The notes under the pieces are model-generated. The model saw only the letters and a list, made by a program, of their open reading frames with translations, was not told the DNA's origin and did no database searches. DNA of 64,000 bases from Trichosphaerium sp. ATCC 40318. Its lineage: Eukaryota > Protista > Tubulinea. Where the stretch lies: NCBI GenBank assembly GCA_038496445.1, contig JALMLS010000175.1, positions 124,001-188,000 of the forward strand. The letters run 5' to 3'. This document shows positions 15,918 to 28,400 of the stretch, piece by piece. Made by a program: the position numbers and the translations under genes. The number at the start of each line of letters is the position of its first letter. The stretch's first letter is position 1.

Positions 15918-18900
15918 ATGTTTGTACACCATGCCATAGCATTCCTTGTATACGTGCACTTTTTATTAAACACGTGCGACGGACTTGCGGCCACAATAAA
16001 TATAGGTACAATGCAAGGCTAGCTACGCCGTTAAAAATCACGTGCTCGTTTGCTTGTTAATTTTTAATTCCATTTAGGTTTAACTTTACCATTTTCGTCT
16101 GAAAAACTTAACAAGAGTGTTGCAATACCATCAAAGTACATTTGTATCATTTTGTTAAAATTTTGACGTTAATATCTAGGGACGGTTTCTTTAGGGCGTC
16201 AAAATGGATACATAATAACCCTGTAAAAGTACGACGCTTTGAAAGATAAACCTACTTAGTTTTATATTTTCTGTTTACTGGTTTCAAGGTTACCATATCC
16301 TCCCAACAGTATGAGCTTGATTTCAATTTTGTAATGCTAGATGATGGTAATAACGACGTCGTGGCTGTAGAAAGATACAAGGAAATGATTAATAATAGAA
16401 CAATATCTATACTACTAGGACCTCATGGGAGCGCTACTGCTAAAGCTGTAGGCTCTTTCTTAGAGACACAAAAGATTCCTTCATGTACGCCAAATTTTTT
16501 ACCCTCTGGATCACGTGACCCTTGAAATAATCCTTTATGCGCATACAATTGACTACCGTATTTTCTTATTTTACGTATTTATTTAGTTTTTTGGAGTGCA
16601 AATGAGTTCGGTACTCGCAGGCGCGGAATTTCCGTTATTCCATCCCCTACAAACCAATTGAGGTATTGCAAAAAACTGTTACAGAGTTTTATTTTGAATG
16701 TAAGATCAGGACACTTTTCAGTTGTAAGAGCTCACAGAATTGCTGCTCTTCCAACTAATTTGAAGTTAATTTTTTGTAAATCGTTCAACATACACTGTTT
16801 GTTTTAATTCTGGTATTGTATTTAGTGTTACCCTTTATGAACTCCGGCGTAAAGGTGCATCAACAATTACTTTGTTATTTTCAGAAGAAGGCAAAAGCAT
16901 GTGCGCATCACAGGAGTTTAACGATACTCTTATTGAAAGCGGGTTTCCAGTAGCACAAACACAATTTCTTAGTATTGATTCAATCCAAGGTAAACTCTAC
17001 CATCACTAACACGTGATGCCCAAAATTGAAAGGATCTGATTTTATAATAGGTTACGGCGTTGATAACGATACGCCTATCGGTGAATATCCAGAGTCTCTT
17101 GAGGTGATCTTGGAGGATGCAGCAAGAGAAGTAATGAATATTGATTCCGATGCATTTATTTTTTGCAGCGGCGGGGTACCTCGTTTAGGGAATGTTATTA
17201 TGAAGCATTTTAAAGAAAATGATTATACACCAAAAGCCTTCATTAGTGACATGTCCATCGATGATTCAACAATCGATCCAGCGCTTTTGGAGTTCAGAAG
17301 TGGTGTTTCCGTTGTAAGGTGTTCTTCATTCATTTTTTCTTTGACAATTTCAGTTTGAAGAAGGGATACTGCAGTATCCTGATAACACTACCGGAGAAGT
17401 GTGGAGATACCTTAAGAATCTTGAAAAAGAAGTAGATACAATAACAGAACATCACTTTAATAGCTTTGTTATAACAGAAATGATGAAGCGCGCAATAGAG
17501 AATGTTGCAGGAAATAATGATATCCGGCTCGATTTGATTGCAAGTCTGTTTTGAACTACTTTTTTTTTCGCTACCTTAACAACGTTATGGTCTTTTAACA
17601 CTATATTAGTTAGACGCAGATGGGCGACTTATACTCAATGGCAATGGTACTTGCGACTGTGATGTACGTTAAGGAGGTGACCTAAAAAAACGCTATTTTA
17701 TTTTAAGCCTACTTTTTAAAAGCCACTCCCGATTTGTAGCCCGCACGTGACTTTCTACTCTTATACTCACATAAAGTACTCCATAAGTACACGCCAATGG
17801 ATAGGTAACAGAGTTGCACAAGGGCTGGCTTAGCGATACAAAAAATAGCGTTATTTCAGGTCAAATCCGTTGAGAAAACATTATTCTTGTGTTTTCATTG
17901 AAAGACTTTAATTACGACTCCGTTGGATGACTACTAATTTTTTATTTAATAGCAACTGGTTGGTTTCGATGCTTTCCAAGAGGAACTTTTTAGAGCTGTT
18001 TTTACAATGAAGTTTGATACTTTTTTTGGTAAATATTTTTGGGATGCAGGACAAGTACAACAGAGGTCAATGGTATTTCTGCAATACATCAATAGAGAGA
18101 AGAAACCAATCGCTCCTGAGCGTATAAAAAAACAAGAATTTGTATATCCTATGCCTACTTGGAGTGAAAGGGTATTTGATCCAACGTTCGGTACTCAACA
18201 CATCAAGTGTTCACAACCAGCTAATATTTGGATTTTTTTCCTTCAAGGTCATTGGACTGAATTAGCCATTACTACTATTGCAATAGTATTCATTGTTAAG
18301 AGTTTATGTTTACTTGTATTATTGGGTATTATTCAGTTCACTTCAGTTTTCTCTATGAAAGTTCGTAAAGCCTTTATGGTACGTGATGACTTCTTGACAC
18401 AAGTGTAAATTTATTCACGTTATGTTTTCCTTTTGGATCATACATTCATTAAAATACTGTTCTTCTCTTTAATTTGAGCTATTCTCCAACACCGAGTGGC
18501 GTCCTATGCAAGTGCTGTAGCGATGAGACGAAATACAAAAAGTCCACATTTCTTTACAGTCATTTCTAAAGTGCTTTTCAAAACTTACTTATTCTTTTTA
18601 ACACAGGCTGCTTCACCATTATTTATATGCTTTACTCTATTGGGTAGTATTATTCTATATTCAAGTGTGTTCGTAACACTTCCAAATGTATATTTTAACG
18701 GAGTCTGTTATATAAGAATATGGATTATCGATCTCGGATTTGTCACATTGTTTGGGTACTTGTGCTTTCAGATCTTTGCGAGTCTTTTGCAAGAGACCTA
18801 TGTTTCTGAGCTAATTCAATTGTTTATAGGCCTTTGTTTGCCAAGACTTTTCGTGTAGAGAGGTTGTGGCGTAACAAGACAACAACAGTTTTCAGAATAT

Positions 18901-19782
18901 CAAATCTCACTGTGTTGGCATGGGTTGCTAGCCTTCTTGGAATTCACATCATTCTTCTAACACTATTGGTACGAGTACTTTAATTTATACACCTGCAATA
19001 TTTATTATAAAACTAGACTCTCGTTGGTGGGTCAAAAGTAGAAATGGAGGTAGTGGACTCTCACAGACCAAAATACAATTACTATATTTGTAAATCAAAC
19101 CTTGCATTTGAAGTGCTCACCGGAATAATAGCTGGAGCAGACGTATGCAATTAATGAATTATTTTAATACTTACAATGATATCGCTAGATTTTATTAGTA
19201 CTATTGGGATGCGTGCTCGCTTTCCGTGTTCGCTTGATACCTATCAAGAGTTACAACGAAGCAAACTTGATTTTCTTTTCTGTTTATAACATATTCTTCT
19301 TTGCATTAATATCTATTGTTCTCACATTTACAAACCTTGAAAGATATACAACATTCGCTTTGGTATCAGTTATAAATCTGTTTGCAACAGGCACGTGCTT
19401 AAATTTTTATTGAACGTGGGAAAAAAGCACTTTGATGGAAAAAACTGTTGATATCACGTGATTTTTTTTAGAATTTTTATCAATTTTAGCTCACCTAAAT
19501 AGCTGTCATTGTTGTTGCTCTGTTTGGTCATAAATATGCGTTACTAACAGCAGATAAACAAAAGAGTAAGAGATCAAGTAAATCACGAACCAAGTCGAGC
19601 GTCCGTACGTAACTCTATTTTTTTTGTTTCTTGGATTTTTCATCTTTGTATTTTATGATTTTTTCGTGGTGAGTTTCCTCTTATTTTATTTAGCGTTATC
19701 ACCTCATGAAGTTCAAATGTCAAATGAGAAACCTTTGGTAACTGGAAGTACAGACACACTTGATGCAACCGTCGAAGATTAA
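15918..19782 (+). CDS. Class C (GABA-B/Grl-like) GPCR with periplasmic-binding-protein-type ectodomain
   Basis: Signal peptide MFVHHAIAFLVYVHFLLNTCDG; PBP1-like LDD...ILLGPHGSATAKAV and DTFFG...VYPMPTWSER; 7tm_3 motifs AASPLF, C..RIW...GF..LFGPLFAKTFRV, LAFRVR....YNEA..IFFSVYN, LFGHK. Confidence 0.85.
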
Positions 19783-20022
19783 AATAAAACGAAAATTAGA
19801 TATCTGACCTAATTTAGTAATGTATTAGATCTCAAAAGAGGATTGTTGAGTGATTATTTTATTAGTAACTAGCGGCCTGTATTTAATTAATTAACGTCTT
19901 ACACCATCTCATAATATTCGTGAGGTTAAATACTGTGAATGGTGAAACAATCCAAAATGGTCTCGATTGAATTTATTTGATAGTTTCCAAGACCAATGCA
20001 CAACGAGCGGATATCATGTCAC

Positions 20023-21715
20023 ATGGCAATAATAACATGGGTAATACTAGTGACTATAGTTTTAGCAGTTTATGTAACCATCTAAAACAGGTGATAACAG
20101 TGGCTTTCTTTTTGCGTGGAGCTTCAACAACGCTAATTTTACCCAGCGTTGGAACTTTTTCAGCGCCTGCCCTTACGTACGGAGAAATTAATTTAACGCA
20201 GACTATTTACCAAAAATGAATAGATATCCTAAAGTCGTATGGCCCATGGGAAACGTGAGCGGAATCGTTACTTACCACATGCAGAAAAACATTTCTTTTG
20301 TCGATACAATTTTGATGGTTTCATTTAACGCTCCAAGCTCTGGTGTCCCTATAGAGCCAATCATTGCAAAGTATCAGGAAGAAATGCCTAAAGCTATTGT
20401 TCTAAAAGGAACTACTCTTACACCTGGTAAGATATGGTATGATACAAACAGAGACTTCAATAGTGTCAAAATACCAGTGGCAGTTGTTTCAGGTGAATTG
20501 TTTTCTTACACCAACTAGAACTGACTAATTTAGCTGATGACTTCGACACTATAGTGAAGGCAATTAAAGCAAGCAAGGGTTCCGTAGAGAACTCCGTATT
20601 GTTACGAGGTAGCGTAAGAAAGAGATTTTACGAATAATTTTTTTGTAGAGGAAAACGAATGGGAGAATGTCGTTTCTAGCAAGGTTGTTATAGTTTGTGT
20701 ACAAATCCCTTTCATATGTTGGACTCTAGCAAATTTATGCTTGTGTTTAAACCAATTCTACTCCTTTTACAGCTCTAAGAAGTGCTCGTTGGATCCAAAA
20801 CATCTCATTCTATCTCTAGAGTTTATTTCAAACTTTAGTACGTCATTTGGAAATTTATCACGTGACTATTCAGAATATTTTGTTATCACCTGCTATGTTT
20901 CCTTGTATTAACCTTAAACTAGTGCGTTTGGTATTTTCAATAGATTTATACGGCGCCCACAGGCTGTATCCACCTTGGATGGCTGGAATTTCTTTTAGAA
21001 GTACATACCCCTTTGCTCTTGGATCTTTTATTATCATGGCTATTCAGTGGAATCTTATTTTAAGGGCACAGAATATAATGGTTAATCAATTCGTTCAGAA
21101 GATAAAGATATTGATATACACAATTGTTATTGTCCTTATTGCGCTAGAGCTGGCAGCGGATGTAGCATTCACAACTGTTCGTTGCACTTTTTTTTTTCTC
21201 TTCAGAATCCTTACTCTCTTTCTCAAGATTGACACGCCGGGCTTTTCGTTCGCTTTGATTGGGTTGTATATAATCTTATTTTTTACTGTTGGTGTATATT
21301 ATAATGTTACAGCCATTCGCGTACTTGTCCGCATTTCTAAGATGGAGCCAACTCGTGGAAAGAGAAATATAGCAATGGTAAGAATCCTTCCAAGTTATTT
21401 CTTTGAATCGGCTGCTTACACTCAATTTAGGCAATGAACAAGGGCATATGCGTAGGCATAGCAATATTATTGAGTTCATTCAGTAGTGCTTTATTTTTGC
21501 CTTTTATTCTCGATAGGCCGATAGGCTATATCTTGCTTCTAACTTCGTATTCTATTCTCCTTTTCGTTGCAAGTACACTTCAGATTTTACACTTTTACGA
21601 TACCAGGAATTTATTCAAGAGATACTGTATTGCCCTTGGTATGATGAAAGCAAAGAACAAAACCCCGTCAGAGGAAGGACTAAGCACAAACAAACGAACA
21701 AATAACATAGCATGA
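20023..21715 (+). CDS. Orphan multi-pass (about 7 TM) receptor-like protein with PA-like extracellular domain
   Basis: Hydrophobic N-terminus; ectodomain with PKAIVL...KIPVAVVS.DDF (PA-domain-like); about seven hydrophobic helices across exons 20650-21715. Confidence 0.65.
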
Positions 21716-21839
21716 TAGTACTACTAATACACCGTTTTGTATATTTGAGTGCTATCGTGGTAATGTATTTATGGCTGTACAAACCAGGTTTTACGGACGT
21801 TTGATACTAAGGGAGGTAGGCGACTTAGCGTACTCGGCG

Positions 21840-22306
21840 TAACAACGGCTGGAGGCAATTACGCAATGACTACAATGAACTCGGAAAAGTTTTTGGTTTT
21901 TCGGTGATTGTTTTATTGTGTCTGTTAATAAACCAAGGGTCTCAGGCTTCGTGACCAAGCGGTCAAGCCAAGAGATAAGTTCTCCTCCAATACGGTGTTG
22001 ATGTTTGTAGGAGCCAATGGACGATAGGGATCTAATATTGTTGTACTTGTAGTCCTACAGACAATTTTTTTGTACACTGTTCGTAAGATACCTTCACCTT
22101 CTTTTTTTTGTTAGTAAAATGCCTTAGCAGCTGTTAAAGAAGAACAAAAAGATGAGTATCGAATTAAGGTGCAGTCCACTACCTCCAGGTTGCCCGACAA
22201 TCGTCGTCGGGCAGAGAGGTAGACAGAAGAATTACGTTTCGTCAGGAAATCTAAGATGACTACACCTCGTGGCTCATCGATAGAAACAACCAACGCGCCA
22301 CTTTTA
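21840..22306 (-). CDS. Exon fragments of an unidentified gene, possibly the 3' part of the gene starting at 23620
   Basis: GT-AG-bounded segments join in frame: ..ILDFLTKRNSSVYLSARRRLSGNLE|LLRHFTNKKKKVK|DYKYNNIRSLSSIGSYKHQHRIGGELISWLDRLV. Confidence 0.35.
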
Positions 22307-22661
22307 AACACGAAAACAAAACAAAAAGAAAGTTGTGGTTTTGAAAAAGTACTAAATTTCCACCAGTTAGATAACCGGAATAGCGTATTACGCTTGTAAT
22401 GTAGCTAAAGGTGGTAGTAGTTACAGTGTATAGTTGTAGAAGAAAGTTAGTATTTTGATGACGTAACTGTGGGAATACACAATTTTCGTCTAAATGGCGC
22501 TATTTACAGCGTTTGTTTGCGCAGTCACTGTAAGGGAATGTCCATGCAAAGTTATACTGACTCAAGATTAAAATTATTTTAGTATTTACATTCTTTTCAC
22601 TTGAATGAAGCTTCGTTTTATGGCTAATTAGTTAGCGTTTTTTTAATCCAATACCCTATAG

Positions 22662-23620
22662 TTAACTTGTGGAATGGCATGCAGGTTGAAGACCTTGCAT
22701 CATGTCTTCACGAATCACTAAGGGTATTATAACTTTGAAACCAAACGACAAACATTTGTACCTTCTTGTTGTCCAACGTTTTCTTGTTCTTCTCCATCAT
22801 TGTCTATGTGCTCAATCCTTTTCCATAGTGAGTTATAAAACACCACGATGCATGATATTCATACCAATGTTCAATGCGCCAAGGAAAATTGGGAAACGTA
22901 TCCATAAGACAAGCGAAAAGTGATTTGTGTCTAAAAACAGTAAGTTTGGTTGCATTCACGTGTTTCATAGCACTCTGTTAAGATTGATTCAGCTCCTTCA
23001 GCATCCATAATGTCTACAGTGTATATTCCATACCACGCATCTAAAGTCTTGACATTGAGTTCTTCTCCAATCTCGTCAATAGTTGCCAGCTGTAATGCAC
23101 GAGCTTCTGGGCTACAAACGTAAGTTCATTTTGTTTGAACTCGTTGTTCTTGTACTTGAATTTGTCCTGCTGCCATGAAACTTGTGGGTACAGAGCGGAT
23201 AGCATTTTTACTAGCGAATTATCGTATCTGGAGTGGTTAGTTATAATGACACTTTCAAGTATGTGAAACTCACTCTTGAAGTACGAGAGTGCCGCCTTTT
23301 TCTACAATTTCAGCTTTGCTGATGTTATACCAGTCCTCGGGGTGTTCTATACACAACGCGTTTGCAACAACATCAAATTGCTGTCTTTGAGCTTCTATGC
23401 GTAATTCGTCCTCTCCACTGGCGTTTGAGAACGTGCAGAGGCGTCTTATCCGCTTATTTTGACTAAAGCCTAGTCAGGTGTCAAAACAGCCCTTGCGACT
23501 TTCAAATAACGTACATTGTCCGTTGGCGCTATTTATACGTTGTTTATGGTAACTTGCTGGTTTCTTCGACAAAGTTCTACGAACGCGCGTATGAATGCAC
23601 CGTGAGCCCTGTACAAGCAT
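22662..23620 (-). CDS. Helical-repeat protein (EDWY...GG..L..Y..SL..ML..LYP...W...KF repeats) with putative mitochondrial presequence; 3' end uncertain
   Basis: MLVQGSRCIHTRVRRTLSKK N-terminus; repeat 1 FDVVANALCIEHPEDWYNISKAEIVEKGGTLVLQEYDNSLVKMLSALYPQVSWQQDKF; repeat 2 IDEIGEELNVKTLDAWYGI...SLFACLMDTFPNFPW. Confidence 0.6.
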
Positions 23621-23827
23621 CACATACGCCAACCAATTACAATGAACAGTTGTCAACGCTTTTCAGCAAAAGCAGCAACTTGCTCTCACGTGCCACCTAG
23701 CAAAGCCGTAGGATACATTCCAGAGAATTTCCGTCATTACTCAAGGCATTGTAGCTGAGAACTGTCTCATAAAAAGCTAGTCTTTTAGTTTATTGAAGGT
23801 TTTTTTTCGTTTTGTTGTGAAGTTAAG

Positions 23828-25204
23828 TTAAACCACTTCCAAGCTTTCAGGATTAAATGATGGCGCGAGGACTGAACTCTCGAGTTGTTTTTTAGCTGTA
23901 TCGTAAGTGTAAATGCGAGCACCTTCGTTAGTAGCTTGAGCTAAGTACAACAAGGATCTCTAGAGAATTTACAAATTAGCTTTCGAAAAAAACGTGTTAC
24001 AGTTAGAAAGTGGCGTACCTTTGGGTCGTAGCTCCCACATGTTACAACACCTTTTTCAGGTAAATCAATTTTTGTTAGTGCGCATTTTCCTTCGGTAGTT
24101 ATAGTCAAGTAGTATACTCCAAGCTCTTAAACGAAGTGAGAAGAAATTGAGAAAATCTACAAATTACGTTGGTCTTTTGCGAATCCAACAAGCATCTTTG
24201 AGGAAGGATCAAACTTAACGTATTCTGGAAATACAGGTACGGAACAGTCAAGTGGCGTGCCAGTAAGGACCCCACCAGCGGAAGCAATGCTAGCCTAAAC
24301 TGCTTTAAGATATTTTGCTAGAGTTTTAAAACAACTTACTTTGTACAAAGCGTAGTTAAGCATAGGCTTTGGTCCTTGTTTGGCAACGAGGTAATATGTT
24401 TGGCCATCAGAATCAACAGCAGAAGTAGAAGCGAAACCAAAGTTGACATCGGAAGTGTTGAATTGGAGAACTAAAAGTTGTGATTAGCAAAATAGTTATA
24501 CTGAGTAAACAATTAGAAAACAGGTACCTTCTGTCCATTTGGTGCGCAAGCCAACAGGGAACGCGATCTAGAATAAATAAGCCAAAAATAATACCTAACA
24601 AAGGCGCGTGCCAAGAATGATTCATCTTTTTGGTTAGTTAAAGCGACAACCAAGCGATCGTTCTTTGTATCAAAAGAAAGGCTACACCAGCGTTAACAGG
24701 ATAAAGAACGCAATATATCTGTTACGCACGTCTCGATTCTCTTGGCATACATTGAAATAGGTGGTAAGAGCCTTTTCTCGTTAGCATTTGCCTCAAAGAT
24801 GCTTGCCTGCTTTTCGTTAGTGTCAAATAGTGGGAAAATTACTTACACCGCCGGCATCAGTAGCATAGTAGTAAACTGAGCGTTTAGGATCAAAGGTGGA
24901 GATACCGTCTATTGTAATGCTAAAATATGGAACTTAATGTAAAATCACGTGATTTTAACACTATAGTACCTGCCACCAAGGAATAGGTATGTTTGGGCGA
25001 GATTTTCGACTTTGCCTAAAAAGATGTTGGAAAAGTCGAAACAGCACTTTTATTACCTGTTGTGGCATCAATCTTTACGAGGTATTGCGCTGTTGCTGAG
25101 TTCTGGTCGACGAACTCAGTTACAATACTGTAGATAGACGCTTGAGCAGTTGTACTGACAATAAAAGAAAGCGCTACAACGAAGAGAAGCGTTGAGGAAG
25201 CCAT
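23828..25204 (-). CDS. Secreted hypothetical protein, beta-strand-rich (possible beta-propeller)
   Basis: Signal peptide MASSTLLFVVALSFIVSTTAQA; repeated LVKIDATTG / STFDPK / SYDPK / YTYDTA units; many short introns. Confidence 0.7.
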
Positions 25205-25491
25205 GAAGTTAGATCTATGTGATTTGATAAAACGTGACCACAAAAGTTTTACAGTTGTGAGAAAAAGTGTTTTAAAGAACTTGTTACGTTGGCCAATTAC
25301 TTATATCCTCACTAAAGTTAAAATAAAGCTGTTTTACCGCTAGAGGAAGGTTTGAAGGCAGCTGATCAACACATGATCGTTAAGTCAAAAGTGGTAAAGC
25401 GTTCGCGCCAAATCAGCTATTCAAAATCTATAACCGTTAGGTTGGCAATAGCGTACGTAAACACCTAAAACAACCACGAGATAAATACACG

Positions 25492-28400
25492 ATGTCCCGT
25501 CGCCAGCGGACAAAGGAAAATAAGCGCGGAGAGCACATTCAAGTCATCATTCGATGCAGGTACTTGTACAACGCCTAGGGTTATTATTTACATAAGTACA
25601 GACCTCTCAACAACAAAGAGAAGAAGAATAAGAACCAAGCCGTTATAAAATGCACAGAAGAAACAGGCGAAGTATCTATTCGTATGCAACGCGCCACCAA
25701 CAAGAACGTTACAAAGAATTACTGCTTTGATAACGTATTCGGGCCGGACTCAACCCAAAAGGAAGTCTACATGAAAGTACGCTCTAAAACCAAGTGGAGA
25801 GTAGTAAAATAACGTTTTTCTACAGGTGGCAGCTCCAATCGTTGAGCAAGTGCTTATGGGTTACAATTGTACTGTTTTCGCGTATGGACAGACTGGTACT
25901 GGTAAAACAGTAAGTAAAGCGAGTTTTACGATTTGCGCGGTAATTTTTTTGAAACGAAAACTTACTCAATTTAGTATACCATGGAAGGCAAACACGTAGA
26001 CGTTGAAGAGTCTGGAAAAAGATGGCATCTTAACCGCGATGCTGGTACAATTTTTTCCTTTTTTGATCGCCTGGCCAGTAAATTTCAAACAAAGCTAAAA
26101 TAATCGTTTAGGTATAATCTCTCGATCTATTGAGCACATCTTTGAACTCCTTGAAACATCAGGAACAGAATACAATGTTCGTGTATCCCACATGGAGCTC
26201 TACAATGAAGAACTCAAAGATCTTCTCGATCCTAACACAAAGAAACAATTAAAATTATTCGATGACCCACATAATCCATTGAGCGGTATGATTGTATCTG
26301 GCCTTGAAGAGATTTCTGTACATAAACCTGCCGATATTTTCGAGATTCTAGCAAAATCTTGGAAAGAGCGTGCAACTGCCGCAACCAACTCCAACGCTAA
26401 CTCAAGGTACGCATGTCAGTATAACGCCTATATACTAACCAGTACACTGAATTTACTATTTCGAAAATACGTGCATGCCACGTACCGCCCTTTCGCGGTT
26501 TTTTTGGTTTTTTTTTGTGAAATTGTTTTACTTCAAGTGACGAATTACACCCAGCTCATCTGAGTTTATATGACGCACAACTAGTGTTCTGATGTTGTTT
26601 TAAAACTATTGAAAGCTTTTTTTACTTTCTACTGATGTATTGGTCGCTAACATTTGTCTGTTCTTTAGTCGTTCTCACTGTATCTTCGCTGTTACTATTC
26701 ACATGAAGGAGACGACACCTGATGGCGAGGAGCTGCTTAAGATTGGTAAATTGAACCTTGTCGATCTTGCAGGATCCGAGAATGTTGGTCGTAGTAGCTT
26801 CCCTGGTGGCAAAAAGCAAAGACAAACGGAGGTATGCTTCACTAGTTTACACTTTATAGCTTTGATTCTGTCTTCTTACGAACTTGTTAATAGGCTGGTA
26901 TGATCAATAAGAGTCTATTGACCCTCGGAAGAGTAATTAACTCATTGACTGAAAACTGTGGACATATTCCATACAGGTACGGCGTCTTGCGGTCTAACAA
27001 TGTCGCTAGGCTATATTTTGGATGTTGTGCTTACTTGTTTGCTTTTTGTAGAGAATCTAAATTGACTCGTCTTCTTCAAGAGTCATTGGGAGGTCGTACT
27101 AAGACATGTATTGTTGCAACTGTATCTCCTAGTTCTGGTTGCTTAGATGAGAGTCTATCAACGCTGGACTACGCTTGTCGTGCAAAAACAATCTGTAACA
27201 GACCTCAAGTAAACGCAAAAATGAGAAAGCGTGAAGTAATCAAAGAATACACGCACGAGATTTCTGAGCTTAAAGAGATGCTTGACGTATGTCGTTTGTG
27301 ATGCTTTTAAGTTGGTTTCTAACTGTTTTTAAAGGCTATGCGATCTAAGGATGGTGTATACTTGCCTACTGCAAGGTTTGAAGAACTAGAAACCGACTTG
27401 AAGACGAAAACGTAAGTCACAGCCTGAACTTAACTAGCTTATGATTTTCTTTCTTTGACTGCCTCTTTGATGGTTCTGGTTGCTTACTATCTATTTAGAG
27501 AACTCATTGAAGAGTTAGAGCAACGTATTTCTCTTAAAGAAAAGGAATTAGCCGAGCTTCAAGAGATTTTTGATAAACAAGGCAAAGAGCTCGAAAACAC
27601 TGCTGGAGAATTGGTTGAAACAAAGAAAAACCTTGATGAAACAACACGTACTTTATCTGCGACAAAGGATAAGCTTGAAGAGACAGCTGATGACTTGCGT
27701 ACGTGCTTTAAAACAAATACAATCAAGGTTGGTCATTTCGTTTCTTAACTTTTTCTCATTAGTCGCTCATAAACAAGTTATTACTGAGCATGAAACTACT
27801 GAAGAGAAGATACACAAGGACGCTGATACTTTAATTTCGACACTTGATGAGTCAATCAACGACATTGGAAACCTTCACTCCAAGATCGGTACGAAGGACT
27901 AACTTTTACTTTCCCTCCGCTGCTTGCCTCTCTTTTTTCTTACAGTTGTACCTTTAGACCGTAAAGAAACTCTTGATGCACAAAACAAGGAGAGTGTAGA
28001 AAACTTCTCCAGCTCGTTGGTAACCAGTGCCAAGAAGGCTGGAAGCATGGTGTCCTCTCATGTTGGAAGTCTTGCTGAAGGCTTCGGTACTTTGAAAGAC
28101 AATATAAACTCTGCAAACAAGGCTCAAGAACAAGCACTCGCAGATAGCGTCGCTCAAACGAATGAATTGTCTTCTACCGTTGCTGCTTATTCTACCCATG
28201 TTGTACGTCATACAAGAGCGATAGTAGCGGTGACTTGCGAGGTCCTGACAATTTTTTTGTTGTAGGTTTCTACTGGAGCTACTTTCCTTGGTAATAATAT
28301 TGCAGGCCTGAAAGCCATCGAAACAACTGTTCAAACACATCAAGAGTCTCGTGCGAATGCTGATAAGGATTTTATTACTGGGTTCAACCAACAGATTGAA

